A DNA stretch of 63,981 nt, the filler included, from Ministeria vibrans ATCC 50519 (Eukaryota; Protista; Filasterea): NCBI GenBank assembly GCA_943704425.1. It is 10 parts of 10 records of this genome, joined end to end, with 100 filler letters (N's around TTAATTAATTAA, not from the genome) between each part and the next. Parts side by side here need not be neighbours in the genome. Positions count along the whole stretch, not along the records: positions 1 to 14,533 come from CALSCP010002816.1; positions 14,634 to 20,937 come from CALSCP010000528.1; positions 21,038 to 39,839 come from CALSCP010001579.1; 7 more parts are not named here. One strand, 5' to 3'. A program made the position numbers and the translations under genes. This document shows, piece by piece, positions 13,064 through 25,944 of this stretch; the first letter of the stretch is position 1; the number at the start of each line of letters is the position of its first letter. The notes below the pieces were generated by a model, which worked only from the letters and a program-made list of their open reading frames with translations, ran no database searches and had not been told where the DNA came from.

Positions 13064-14474
13064 NNNNNNNNNNTTTTTTTTTTTTTTTTTTTTTTTTTTT
13101 TGGTTGTGATAGGCCTCCTGTTCCATGTGGTCTCTGTGGCGCTCGGGGTGCAGCACCGAGTCACAGACGAGCGACTGGATCACCGCAAACACCAAACCCT
13201 GTCCCAAATGCAATAAAGCAGTCGAAAAGGTACAATACAATATTATTATAGTAATATATTTTGAGTTGTCCATTGTAACTTCTTATAAATAATCGATAAT
13301 ATCTATTTTGCAGAATGGTGGATGTAATCTGGTGCAGTGCCGATGTGGCCAGTGCTTTTGTTGGTTCTGCGGTGGTGCCACGGGAAGTGCACACACCTGG
13401 ACGACTATTGAAGGACACAGCTGTGGACGCTATCGTGAACAGCTTGAGAAGAAACAGTCGGCTGCGGAGCGTAATCTGCAGCGGTACATGCACTACCGCG
13501 ACCGTTACGACGCGCACCAGTCGTCGTTGCGTCTTGAGCGTGAAAGCGCTGCTGATATGGTGCGGAAGATTGCGGCACTGGAACGGTCGGGGCTGCTCAA
13601 GCGCGATCTGGGCTGGCAACTCAATGGCGAGCGACTGGTGCTGCGCTGTCGTCGGGCCCTCGCTTTTTCCTATGTCTTTGCATTTTACATGTTTGGTGAA
13701 ATCGGCGGACAGGCGACGGCGGCGGCTGCTACCTCGTCATCGACGACGCTGGCGGCGGCAGGAGAAGTACCGTTGGCTGACAGTGCTGCAAAGAGAGCAG
13801 CAGGAAGGGGTGGAGGAAGGGTGGTGTCGCTGGCTTTTGGCAAGGCGGCGCGGAAGAAGAGGAAAGATGCTGCCGCGATCGACTTGCAGCTGGAGCAACA
13901 GGCGGATGAGGTTGTGGCGCCCGAGGAAGGTCTACTCAAGGGCATTCAGATGTCACTGGAGGAGCGTCTCATCAAGAAGGGTCTTTTTGAAGATTATCAG
14001 CAACAGTTTGAGTCGATGCTCGAGCGTCTCTCAGCGTGCGCTTTTGACCGCGAACGTCTTCATTCTCTGACCGAGAACGGACATGGCAGCAGCACCGTCT
14101 CCTTGTCTGCTTCTGCCAAGTTTGCGACTACTACTTCGACTGCTGCTGCTGTGTCGTCGAGAGGCAGTGGGATGGCGGGGAGACGACGCGTCAACGAAGG
14201 AGTTGCGATCAAGTATGCCAAGACAAATGCAACGACGGCCGCCGTTGTAGACGCACACTCTGCGTTGCTCTCTGCCGAGGCACAAGAACGTATGAAGAAG
14301 AAGGAGTTGGAATTTGAGGAGGATTTGGGGCGTCACCGACTGCAGACGGTCAACCTGACGGCCGTCGTCGACACCGCCTGCAAGCGCATGTACGAATTTG
14401 TGTCCGATATGCTCGCCTCCATGCAAACTACCACCCATGAAATTGCCCCTTACCTTTCCCTTCCCACCAAGTAG
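11406..14474 (+). CDS. Ariadne-family RBR E3 ubiquitin ligase
   Basis: Acidic N-terminus, RING1 CGHRFC, IBR WCPSQPHCGNA...CSCGHQWCFAC, RING2 [31 protein letters not shown], Ariadne domain (RYMHYRDRY, RRALAFSYVFAFY). Confidence 0.93.
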
Positions 14475-14533
14475 TCCCATTCACAATTTATCTGTAAAAG
14501 AAGAATAACAATAATAGTTTTAATAAGAATAAT

Positions 14534-14633
14534 NNNNNNNNNNNNNNNNNNNNNNNNNNNNNNNNNNNNNNNNNNNNTTAATTAATTAANNNNNNNNNNN
14601 NNNNNNNNNNNNNNNNNNNNNNNNNNNNNNNNN
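14534..14633. other. Artificial contig linker (N-run + TTAATTAATTAA + N-run). Also at 20938, 39840, 47099, 49133, 51263, 58050, 60642 and 62808
   Basis: Identical six-frame-stop linker repeated nine times. Confidence 0.97.
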
Positions 14634-14933
14634 TTTTTTTTCCTTCTGTTGTGTTCGGGACGAAGGAACGACGGAGAGAGCTCAGGAACGACGCCGCGCA
14701 AGGAAGAAACCACTCACTGTACAACACGCACGGTCGGACCGCCAAGAGAGGGACAGCGAGCGAACGAGTGAGCGTTTTTTTTTTTTTTCCAAGTCGAAAG
14801 AAAAAAAAATTGAGAGATTAGAGAGAAAAAAAAAATTTTTTTTGACTGATCAACATTATAATTATTGTTTTTCTGACTTTGTTTCGCATACGGAAGAGCA
14901 GTCGTTCGACTGGATCACTCTGTAGGAGAACAC

Positions 14934-17900
14934 ATGCTTAACATGGCGGGGCAAGGAGTAACGCCGAAAGCGACGAGTGCAAGTTTGGGCGCGAAACCGG
15001 CATTTGCGCGCGATCCGTTTGCCTTTTGCGGCTCCGACGACGAGGACGACCTGTTTGGCGTTCCTGGCGGCATCAGTACGCGTGCATCGACGACGCCCAC
15101 GAAGGGGTCGGTAGCAGGGACGACGCGATCGGCGTCTGCGTCCGTCGTGTCGTTGTCGTCGTACAAGAAGACAGCGGGCGATGCGACCCCACTCACGTCG
15201 TCGTCGTTATCGTCGCCCACTCGCCTCCGTACGCAGCCTCGGTCGCGGCTGCCGCCCGTGCAGCTGCCCGTAAAGACCCATGCCTCTACCGCGACGCCGT
15301 CCGCTGCCTATCACAAGGGGCGAGCGCCGTCAGCGACCACCGGCGTTTTCGAGGCAACAGTGGCGACAACGCCGCCGCGCACGCAGTCGAAGCGCAGCAG
15401 GGCGGCATCGAAACCAACGTCGAAGGTAGCACCCCCGCCGAGCAACGATGAGGAGCTGGAGGCGGACAACGCGGTCGTTGGACGAAGTTCAAGGGCGCAG
15501 ACGAAGAAGATGAAACGCAGGAACGCACTCAGCGAGTCCGAGGAGGAAGAGGAGGAGAAGGAGGAGACTGTATATCGACGATCGGGCAGGAAACCGCGAC
15601 AACTGATGGCGCCTGAAAAGAAGAGAAAGGAAGAGACGAAGAAGGGGGAGGAGAAGGAACCGAGAACGACTCGAAGCAGAGCAGTCTTGAAGCCGGCAAA
15701 ACAAACAGCAAAGACAGCAAAAGCAACGACCGTCGCCACAAAGCCAGTGTCCACCTTTCCATCGACGCCAGTCACGACGTTTCCCACGCCGGCACTGAAA
15801 CGACGGGTGGAAGATGAAGGAGAATTGGTCCCGGTGGAGATGCTTGACGAAACGAGCGTCCAGCATGTGACACTTGACATTGCAACCTTTGACCCGTACA
15901 AGACATGGCTGGTGGCGCGAAGTGCACGCGCCAAGCGCTTCATCCGGCACGAACAGGAGACGTTGCTTCTCTTCCGTCCGGCGACGTCCGTGGGCGATGA
16001 TGGCTCGCTTTCCGCCATGCTGTACACGGACGACGAGAAGAAGAGCATTTTTTCCGAGTCTGAGCAGTACATGATTTCGCGCAAAGACCTTCAGGCACGA
16101 GGGAAGCACAAGAACTCGTCGCTTCTGACGCGACAGGCTCATGAGGAGGAGGAGGCCAAGGGCAGGGATGACGCAAAGAAGAGTACGGCCAACGGTGTCA
16201 AGGGGGTTCCTCTGTCCAAGGGAATGTCTGCCGAGCTCGCGATGACTCGTCAGGCGGTGGAGCGTCTGAGCGCAGCGCCGTTGCTTTTGTCGTCGTCGTT
16301 GAAACAGATGCGACGTGACCAACAAGAACACGGAAACGAGGAGGAGGAGGCGCCAGTGCGCAAGAGGGGACGCGGACGACCCGCAGCGACAACGGCAAGT
16401 GTACAGAAGACTGTGAAGAAGGCGCGCGGCCGCCCGAAGAAGAAGCAGACGACTGCCAATGAGGCAGACGATGCGGGGGATGAAGAAGAAGAAGACGAGG
16501 AGGAGGAGGAGGAAGAGCGACTATGTGCGTCGGAGATGTTTTCGTTGCAGACACAGCGACGACGCAAGGTAGGTGGAGCGCAACGCAACAAGCTCAAGGA
16601 CGCGGAGGAGGAGAAGAATACGAAGAAGAAGGTGGGGACGAGGAAAAGGAAGCGCACGAATGACGCAGAAGGGGAGGAGAGCGACGAGAACGATGTGGAT
16701 GGGGCGCTGGAGGGAGTACGACTCCCCAGTGAGACGGACGGAGACTCGTCAGATAGTGACGTAAGGACACGCTCGCGCCCCCTTTTTTATTATTGTTCTG
16801 ATGGTTTTCTTTGTTTTTGGTAGGTTGAGATGGCACGCAAGCGACGTGCTGAGGTACGACGGGCGCAAGAGGAGCAAGAGAAGAGAAAGAAGAAGAAGGT
16901 CAAGGCAAAGGTGGTGCAGCTGAAACACAAGCAACAGCGACAGGTGGAAGGGCGACGACTGACACGTGCAATGCGACAGAGGGGGGAGGAAGAAAAACAG
17001 AAAGAAGAGGGAGAAGAAGAAGAAGAAGAAGAAGAAGAAGGAGAAGGAGAAGAAAATGAAGGGGAGAAGGAACGAAAGCGAAGACGAGAAGAGGACAGTG
17101 ATGCTGACGATGACGAAGACAGCGATGGCGCAATGAACCCAGACGTACGTATGTGAGTGTGTGCGTGACTAAGCGAGTGTCATTTTGTCGCTCTGTTTCT
17201 CTCTCTCTTTTTTTTTTGGCTCTTTCTATCACTTTGTTTCTCTCCATCACTTTGGCTTTGTCTCTCCCTCTATCCCTTTTTTTTTCTTTTTCTCTCTCTT
17301 TCTTTTGTTCTCCTACTATGCACAGAAAGAGACGCAATTTGACTGTAGTATACATCTCTCTAATCACATTTTTCCTGGTCCGTGTAGAGTTACTTTACGG
17401 CGCAACAGTCTGAAGGAGCGACGTCGGGACGGACGTTTTCAGGAATGAAAGTGCGGCTGATGGACAGCACAGTAAGCACATGATACACACAGACAACATA
17501 TTATCCACATATTCCAATTCACTCATTTGTATTGTGTATTTCATTAGGAGGTGGAAGAGACACTGAAGCGAGCGCGTGATTCGACATACACAGAGGCACG
17601 CACGCAACTGCTGTCGCTGCACGCGTCCAAGTATACACGCTGGCAGTGGGAGCTTATGCAGCACTTCAACCTGCTCTTCTATGGCTATGGCTCCAAGCGT
17701 GATTTGCTCAACCACTTTTTAGACGAGTGTGTCTGTCCGCGCTTTCCTGTTGTCATTGTCAATGGGTTCTTTCCAAATGTCACTATCAAACAGGTAAAAG
17801 TGACACAATGCAAATGCACAGTCAGTCGGAACGAAATATAAATCGTATGTTGCTTTGTAGGTTCTTTCATCGATCAGTAGTGATATCCTGAAGAAACCCT

Positions 17901-18298
17901 GTCAGTTTGCATCACTCGATGACCACTGTGAGTTCATTCGCGAAGCCCTCAAAACAAGTTCAGGTACACAGCACTAAATTAAAATAATGATAATTATTAC
18001 TATTATCATTATTATTATTAAAATAAATTTTTATTATTATTATTATTATTTTGGTGTGGTGTGCGACTGACTGAATGACTATGCGCAGTGGATCGGATTG
18101 TAGTGGCAGTGCACAATCTGGACGGTGCCATGCTACGCCACGACCGCGCCCAGAACGCCCTTGCGTCGCTCGCAGCCATGCCCCAGATCCAATTCATTGC
18201 CTCCATTGACCACATCAACGCCCCTCTTTGTACCAAACATTTGTGTGTGTGTGTTTTGTGTCTCAATCTCACTCCCATGTTCCTCCCTCTTTTTTCTT

Positions 18299-18359
<61 letters not shown>

Positions 18360-18582
18360 NNNNNNNNNNNNNNNNNNNNNNNNNNNNNNNNNNNNNNNNN
18401 NNNNNNNNNNNNNNNNNNNNNNNNNNNNNNNNNNNNNNNNNNNNNNNNNNNNNNNNNNNNNNNNNNNNNNNNNNNNNNNNNNNNNNNNNNNNNNNNNNNN
18501 NNNNNNNNNNNNNNNNNNNNNNNNNNNNNNNNNNNNNNNNNNNNNNNNNNNNNNNNNNNNNNNNNNNNNNNNNNNNNNNNNN

Positions 18583-18652
<70 letters not shown>

Positions 18653-19309
18653 AACTCTCTCTCTCTCTCTCTTGAACTCTCTCTCTCTCTCTCTTGAACT
18701 CTCTCTCTCTCCATCGCTTCTTCTCTTCTCTATTTGAAGTGTGGAATCAGCGACGTGCAAGTGAGTTCAATTGGCTCTGGCACGATGTCACGACCTTTGT
18801 GCCGTACCAGCTTGAGATTAGCTACGAGAATTCGATTCTGTCGAAAAGCAAAGTAACAATAACAAGTGCAATCGCGTTTTTACTTATGTCTTTTGTCTTT
18901 GAAATAGCGGATGGGAACTGCTGGTGCGCTCTATGTGTTGCGCAGCGTTACGGACAATGCACGTGAGGTGTTTGAGCTCATTGCAAATCGTCAGCTGCTC
19001 TTGTCTGAACGCAAAGTTGAGAACTCTGGTACGTTTGAAAGTAATCTGGATGATTCTGAGAAATTTGTTTTTTTATATATGTATTCTGCCTCTTGATTAG
19101 CGATTTCATTTCCGGAGCTGTTCAAACAGTGCCAGGACCGCTTTTTTGGTGCGTCCGAACCGGCGTGGTTGCGTCGACATTTGGGCGAGTTTCATGATCA
19201 CGATCTGCTTCGATCGCGCAAGGGTGCCGATGGTATTGAGATGATCTGGTGTCCCTTTGACAAAGACAGTCTGTTGACACTCCAAGAGACAATGGAGATG
19301 CAACGTTAA
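14934..19309 (+). CDS. ORC2: Origin recognition complex subunit 2 with a long low-complexity N-terminus
   Basis: FNLLFYGYGSKRDLL, VVIVNGFFP, VHNLDGAMLR, IASIDHINAPL, FNWLWHDVTTFVPY, LGEFHDHDL. The junction to the N-terminal exons is inferred from GT-AG phase. Confidence 0.88.
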
Positions 19310-19389
19310 ACTGAAACTATGTAAATATAAACACTTTTTCAATGATCAATTTTATTCATCGCTCTCTCTCCCTCTCTCTCTCTCTGGCC

Positions 19390-20892
19390 ATGCTGGACGA
19401 CACACTGAAAGAATACTGGCGCAGCAGACTACGCGATCTGCCCTATGCTCAACTTCCAACAGACTACCCGCGAGATGTCAAACATCAGGTTCGCATTCGA
19501 TTGCATCATTTCCCAAAATGAAAAAAATATAATAATGATCACGCAACACGCTGCCCTGCGGTCGCTGTAGATTGTCGAGAGCCAAGAGACACTCAGCTTT
19601 GACGACGAGTCGTGCTTGATGCTGCTGCGCTTCTCGCTTACGGCCGACATCAAGCCGTTCACCTGTGTGCTGGCGGCGTTTGCGCTTCTGCTGCGAAAGT
19701 ACACTCGCGAGGATGACGTCGTGATCGGCTCGTCCTCGTCCTCGTCGAACCCGCTTGTGCTGCGCATCAACCTGTCGCCCACCGACACGCTTCGGCAGGT
19801 GGTGGATCGCACCAAGGACGCCGAGGAGGAGGCGCAGAAGAATGACATCCCGTTTGATGCGCTGTTGGAAGTGTTGCGTGCGGAGCGCGGACCCCACGCA
19901 CCCGCCACCTACGACGACGACGCGTCGTCGGGTCTCGGACTCTTCCCTGTGCGCTTCCTCAACGTTGCCGACGTGACCAAGGAAACGATTGATGCGGCCG
20001 CCTGTGACTGGACCGTCTACCTCGAGCAAGAGGCGGACGCCAAGCGTCTGTTGCCTTTGCGCTTGCGCATCGTCTACAATGCACTTTTGTACTCCCGCGA
20101 GCGCATGTCCGAGACACTTCGCCAATTGCACCAGCTTGTGCGCACCATTGCCTCGTCGGGCGACACACCTGCGCGAATGGCAAGTGTTCTGACTCCCGCC
20201 GCCATCACACGTCTGCCCAACCCTCGCTGTGCCCTCGATGCCACCTGGCACGGCAGCATCTTCTCCATTCTGGCGCGGCGCGCTGCCGAGACACCATCGC
20301 GTCCGCTGTGTGTTCACGGCGAACGTACCTACACCTACGGCGAGATCAACTCGATGGCCAATCGTCTTGCGCACCGTCTCATTGCGGCGGGCATTCAAAA
20401 GGAACATGTGTGCGCGTTGTACGCTCACCGAAGCACCTCCATTGTGGTGGGTATCCTGGGTATCCTTAAGGCGGGTGGCACGTTTACCGTCATTGACCCG
20501 CTCTACCCCGTCAAGCGCCAGACCGTCTACCTAAGCGTTGCGCGTCCCCGTGCCATTATCACTCTCCTGCAAGCCGGACCCCTCTCCCCCGAAGTGCGCT
20601 CGTACATCGACGAAGAACTCGACGTGCTCTGTACCATCAACAACGTTGACGTCGATACGCTGGGGCCCCTTGAGGGCGCTCCCGAGACCGATCCTGACGT
20701 CACAGTCTCTCCCGACAACATTGGCACACTCTCCTTCACTGTATAAGTGGATTATTTTTGCAAATTAACGCTTCACTCACTCACTCTCGTTTTATTCGTG
20801 CATTTACAACGCAGAGTGGCTCCACAGGTATTCCCAAGGGTGTGCGCGGGCGACACATTTCACTGACGCACTTCTATCCATGGATGAGCAAA
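19390..20892 (+). CDS. LYS2: L-alpha-aminoadipate reductase large subunit (NRPS-like C-A domains), 3' partial
   Basis: LPTDYPR, condensation-like region, [37 protein letters not shown]|[24 protein letters not shown], resembling fungal Lys2. Confidence 0.9.
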
Positions 20893-21182
20893 GTAACAAA
20901 TCGATTTACACACGATTTAGAATTATACACCCCCCCCNNNNNNNNNNNNNNNNNNNNNNNNNNNNNNNNNNNNNNNNNNNNTTAATTAATTAANNNNNNN
21001 NNNNNNNNNNNNNNNNNNNNNNNNNNNNNNNNNNNNNAGAGAGAGTGACCCCTCGGCCTCCTTCCATTGCTTTCCATTGCCTCGCCTTTATCCGCAGTCC
21101 TGAGGCTTCCTCGATTCTTTTTTCACTCTTTTGACAGCTTTTTATTATTAAAAAAATTCCTTCTTTTTTGCGCTGTTGACAG

Positions 21183-24100
21183 AAAGTGTGGAGCGTCTGT
21201 CGGCCGCACGGGAGACGCACCTGCACCCACCACGCCCACGATTGCAGTGAACACGCCGACGCGACCCTCTGCTGTTGCGTCGGCTGGGCAGACGACTGTT
21301 AGTGCGCGCGTCAACACGGACGGTGGTGCGGCTGGAGTGAAGCGATCAGAGGCAAAGACGCACTCCAAGGGCGAATCGAACAGCACCCCCGCGAACACCA
21401 GTGCGCGCGTCAACACGGACGGTGGTTCGGCTGGAGTGAAGCGATCAGAGGCAAAGACGCACTCCAAGGGCGAATCGAACAGCACCCCCGCGACCCCATC
21501 GTCGACAGCCAAGAAGGAGAGGTCTGCGCGAACGGCGTCGCCTACTCGAGTGGCCGCGAAAGACGCAGTCAAAGCACCAACCGCGCCACCGCCCGCGGCT
21601 GCGTCTGGGCAGGCCGCCTCAAAGTCTGTAGCACGGCCAGCAGATCCATCTTCAACGACGAAGCCACCACCCAAAGAAATCCGACTCACTGCTGCCGTTC
21701 TTGCCAAAGGATCAACATCGCAGAAACAGAGAGATACTGACGAAATCTCCATGGACGGCTCGGAACTCAGTGCAGGTTTGGGTCTGGATGCTGATGATCT
21801 GGATCTCATGGCGCCACCAAAAAAGAAGGCGAGAGCAGACGAAGAAATCGCGGCAAAAGAGAAGTCGAGAGAGATGCGCGACGAGCGACGTACGAGAGAC
21901 GACCAAACTCAAGGCGAACTTTCACGAGATGAACGATCAAGGGACGAACGAACACGCGTCGACCAAAGGAGAGATGAGCGCTCTCGTGAGTACAAGTCCT
22001 CCTCTACGCCATCGTCGTCGGCGTCCAAACGAAGTGCCCACGAGAGCCGCTCGGAGCGGTATTCGTTGTCATCGGCACCGTCGGCTAGTGCGACGCCCAG
22101 GAGCACCTCATCTCGTGGCCCACGACCCCCCGACATGCCACCCCCTTCTCAACTCTCGTCTTCGCGCCCCTCTGTCATCGTCTCCCCGCACGCGACCTCT
22201 GGTCCTCCCGTGCCGCCCTTTGCCCGTCCTCATCACTCGGCCTCTCCTCTCAACGCGCAGCCTATACCTCCATCGGGTCCTCCACCCACAGTCCTGCCTG
22301 GCCGCACACCTCCTCAGGGTCCTCCTCCCGCCTTTCCTATTGTCCCCGGTCGCATGCCGCCTTCACTACCCTTCAGTTCTTCCTCTCCAATCTCGCCCAT
22401 GCCCTTCCCCCTCTCCGGACCTCAGCCTCCCTCCGGCCGTCCCCCCAGCCATCCCATCCCTCCCTCAACCGCACCCCCTGCAGATGCCGCCCGCGACCGC
22501 GGTCGTCGTCGTCGATCGTACGAGTCACCAGAGAGTCGCAAACCCCGTTCTTCATCGTCCGCTCGTTGTGCCTCGCCTCCTCGCCCGCTCCGTCGTCGCT
22601 CGCGCTCGCGCTCTCCTCCCCCGCACCACTCATCGCGTGCCTACTCGTCGTCTCGTCATTCCGACTCGTACTTCTCCGACCGCAACGGCAACAGCGGTGG
22701 CGGTAGTCGAAGCGATCGTGATCGTCGTTCCAGCGACCAAGGTAGCGATCGTCGTGGTTCCCGCAGAAGAGACCCTAGTCACCACGACGATGTGTCGTCG
22801 AGGGACCGTGAGCAAGAGCATCACCGCGACCGTGATCGTGACCGTGACCATTCTGAACGCGAGCCTCAGCGTGACCGTGACCATTCTGAACGCGAGCCTC
22901 AGCGTGACCGTGACCATTCTGAACGCGAGCGTCAGCGTCACCGTGACCATCCTGAACGCGAGCCTCAGCGCGACCGTGACCATCCTGAACGCGAGCCTCA
23001 GCGTGACCGTGACCATCCTGAACGCGAGCCTCAGCGTGACCGTGACCATCCTGAACGCGAGCGTCAGCGTGACCGTGACCATCCTGAACGCGAGCCTCAG
23101 CGTGACCGTGACCATCCTGAACGCGAGCGTCAGCGTGACTGTGACCATCCTGAACGCAAGCCTCAGCGTGACCAGGACCATCCTGAACGTGAGCGTCAGC
23201 GTGACCATGACCATTCTGAACGCGAGCGTGACCGTGAGCGTGACCATCGCCACTCTGGTGAGCGTGACCGAGCGAGAGATCGCAGCAACACTAGAAATCG
23301 CGAGCGAGAACCTCACCGAGACCACGACTCGGTCGACCAGCCGCAGCAGAAATCACAACCACCACAAAACCATGATCCTGAAGAAAGCATCATTGTTGAC
23401 ATGCCCCTTGACCATGCCTTCCCTGGCGGACAGGCAGACCCCGACACGCCCATCGCTATGACGACCACGTCCACCACCACTGCCACTGCCAACGTCGCAG
23501 CCGAGGATATGCCTTCTCCTCTTGACACCCGCCCATCGCGCAGCGCTGCTTCGGACACCCCGCCCAATCGACTTGTGTCGCCGAAACCTACCAACACGGC
23601 GGCTGAGGCGTACTTTTACCAGGGCTTCCGCAACGACCTTGTGCGCTTTCGTCCCGCTAGCAACGTCCCCAATCTCGACCACTCGCTCGCGGTTCGTGCG
23701 CGTCAAATCCTAGCTCGAGCTCGCACCACTAGCGACGAGCATCATCAGATGCTGTGCGATGCGGAGGCGGCGCTGTGCTACAGCTCGAGTGACTTTGAAC
23801 AAAGGTTTGTGCAATTTCGGTGTGCGCTCAACGAGAATCGGTGGCCCTCAAGTGGCGATCTCAGTCAACTAATCTCGGCGGCAGTCGACACGGATTCACT
23901 GCAGCGGATCCACGAGATGTTCTGGATGCTGTTCCGACGAAAATCACACATGCTCGCGGAAAGCGTCAACTTCCTCGACCTCTACGTGGCGGCAGTCAAG
24001 AGCACCGGCCTTGCCGCCGCCTTCTACGTTGCCTGTGTGTGTCTGGCGGACGCGCGCCAATGGAAGCGACTCTTTGATTTACTAGCGTCCATGGAGAAGC

Positions 24101-25806
24101 GTTCAATTGTTCTTGACCTGGCCACTGTCGAGTCAGTTGTAACGTCGTGCCTTGCGCTCGACACACCTGTTGTGCTTACGACCTTACTGTCGATCCTACG
24201 GCGCCTCAAGATCCCGCTGTCAGCCAATGCACTGAGTGCAAGCGTGGACTACCTTGTGAAGCACAACAAGACGAACGCTGTCATTCAGATGTTTCAGTGG
24301 CACGGCGACAAGTGCGACACGACAGGCACGGCAGGCGTGCGCGACCACACACTCCAGGTGGTGCGACGCGCTTCTGATGTAGGGCGGCTCTATCGTGCCT
24401 GTAGCGGTGTGGGTGTGCCCACTGCGGCCACTCTGGGGAAGCTTCTTGATGTGCTCTGCGACCGCAGCCAGCCGGACGCCCGCTATGTACGGCAGGCAGT
24501 CGACTTGGTGTACGGCGTGTGTTCCAAGTCACATAACAGCCAACTGTCGTCTGCATCGCCATCATCACTGTCGACTCTTGACCTCAGTGACGCGACTCAT
24601 GGCCTTGAAGCGGTCATTGCGGCGGCGCAACGTCTCGGCTTGGACGACGCCATTTTTTCTCTGGTGCGCGCCTTTACGGTCTTTCAGGTGCGTCTTCCGC
24701 TGCCCCTTGCGACTCTGCAGATGATTATTGGCATGGCAACCAAGGGACGCTTGGTTGAGACGACGGTGGCCATTGCGGAGCAAGTGCGCCCCAACGAGGA
24801 GCTGGACTGCTCGTTGCTCATCGACGCGCTACGAGTGGCACTCGCGGACAACAAGGAGGTGATGAGCACGGTGGCCCTTGAGACTGCATCGCGTCTTGTG
24901 ACCCAGTGTGCAAAACGTGCGCCCAAACTACTTCAGCAGGAACACACGCCCGTGACACGTCTCATTGCGCTTTGCTGTGCGTCACAGCGACCCGAACTGC
25001 TCGACGCGGTGCTGAGAAGCTGTGGCGTGATCTACCGTGCGACTGAGGGAAAGCTCCCGATTGTGCTATCGGAGTTGCGCAAGCGACTGTCGCACGCGAG
25101 CGAAGCGCTAAGCGACGCTGAACTTGCGTCGTTTCAGGAGATGCGCGCGACGTTGGTGGTGCAATTGTTCGACTTCAATATGTACAGTGGGGTGATTTCG
25201 ACCGACGGCTTCTTCGTCATCAAGGTGCGGGATCGGACGGTGCCCCAACGGGAGCTGAACGCCATCCTTGCTGCGCACGTGAAACGTGCAGTTCAGGCTG
25301 CGACTGTAATAAAGGACCTCCGTGTTGTGTGCGTTGATGAGGTTGTGGCGCGTGCTGTCGAGCGTGCGTTTAAGACGCTCTCGATAGCAACGTCGCGTGA
25401 TCAGGCGGGAAAAAACGCGACCGACGAGGTTGCCATGGCTGGCGGCAAGGAGGATGGCGCAAGCGACGCTGGTGGAGCAAGTGAGGAGCCTACTGGCGTG
25501 GTGGTTGTGGCGAAGCGTGCGACGTTCGTTTTGATGCCGCTCGACAAGGCGTTGACGAGTGCTGATGGTGTGTCCAGTTTGGAGACGACACCGAAGGAGC
25601 AAGTGGCGCAGTGGGTGCGCGCTGCGCTCAAACCTCACTTTAAGACGACATTGGCAGGCGACCGAGAGCGTTTCAAGACTGTGTCACGACGTCTGACTCA
25701 TGACTGTCTGGCCGAGCTCAAGCAGAAGAAGTATCGAGTTTCGACGAATGAGACGCAAGTGAAGCGGCTTGTGCAAAATGCTGTTGATAAGCTGGTTGGC
25801 AAGTGA
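21183..25806 (+). CDS. Large RS/RD-rich, Pro-rich protein with a helical-repeat region and a C-terminal SRI-like domain; 5' partial
   Basis: Uninterrupted exon of more than 1500 aa; the C-terminus VRAALKPHFK...RERFKTVSRRLTHDCL...VKRLVQNAV resembles Set2/RecQ5 SRI domains. Confidence 0.75.
21301..21492 (+). repeat. 99-bp in-frame tandem duplication (33 aa)
   Basis: SARVNTDGG(A/S)AGVKRSEAKTHSKGESNSTPA occurs twice. Confidence 0.9.
22830..23250 (+). repeat. Coding 30-bp tandem repeat (DRDH(P/S)ERE(P/R)QR-type decapeptide), about 13 copies
   Basis: CGTGACCGTGACCATCCTGAACGCGAGCCTCAG-type units seen directly. Confidence 0.9.
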
Positions 25807-25854
25807 TAGTGACGAAAAGATTGGAGAGATGAAGGAGAGAGAGAGAGAGGAGGG

Positions 25855-25886
<32 letters not shown>

Positions 25887-25944
25887 TGTGTGTGTGAAGT
25901 GGATTGACAATAGTGAAAAAAAAAAGAGAGATATGTGCAACAAT

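Noticed and set aside
14534-14633. Recurrent TTAATTAATTAA motif, and apparent gene neighbourhoods across it
   Set aside because: It is an artificial linker inside N-runs, so adjacency across linkers has no biological meaning.
18088-18760. LSLS/ERER ORFs
   Set aside because: These are translations of a (CT)n microsatellite and an N gap within an ORC2 intron.
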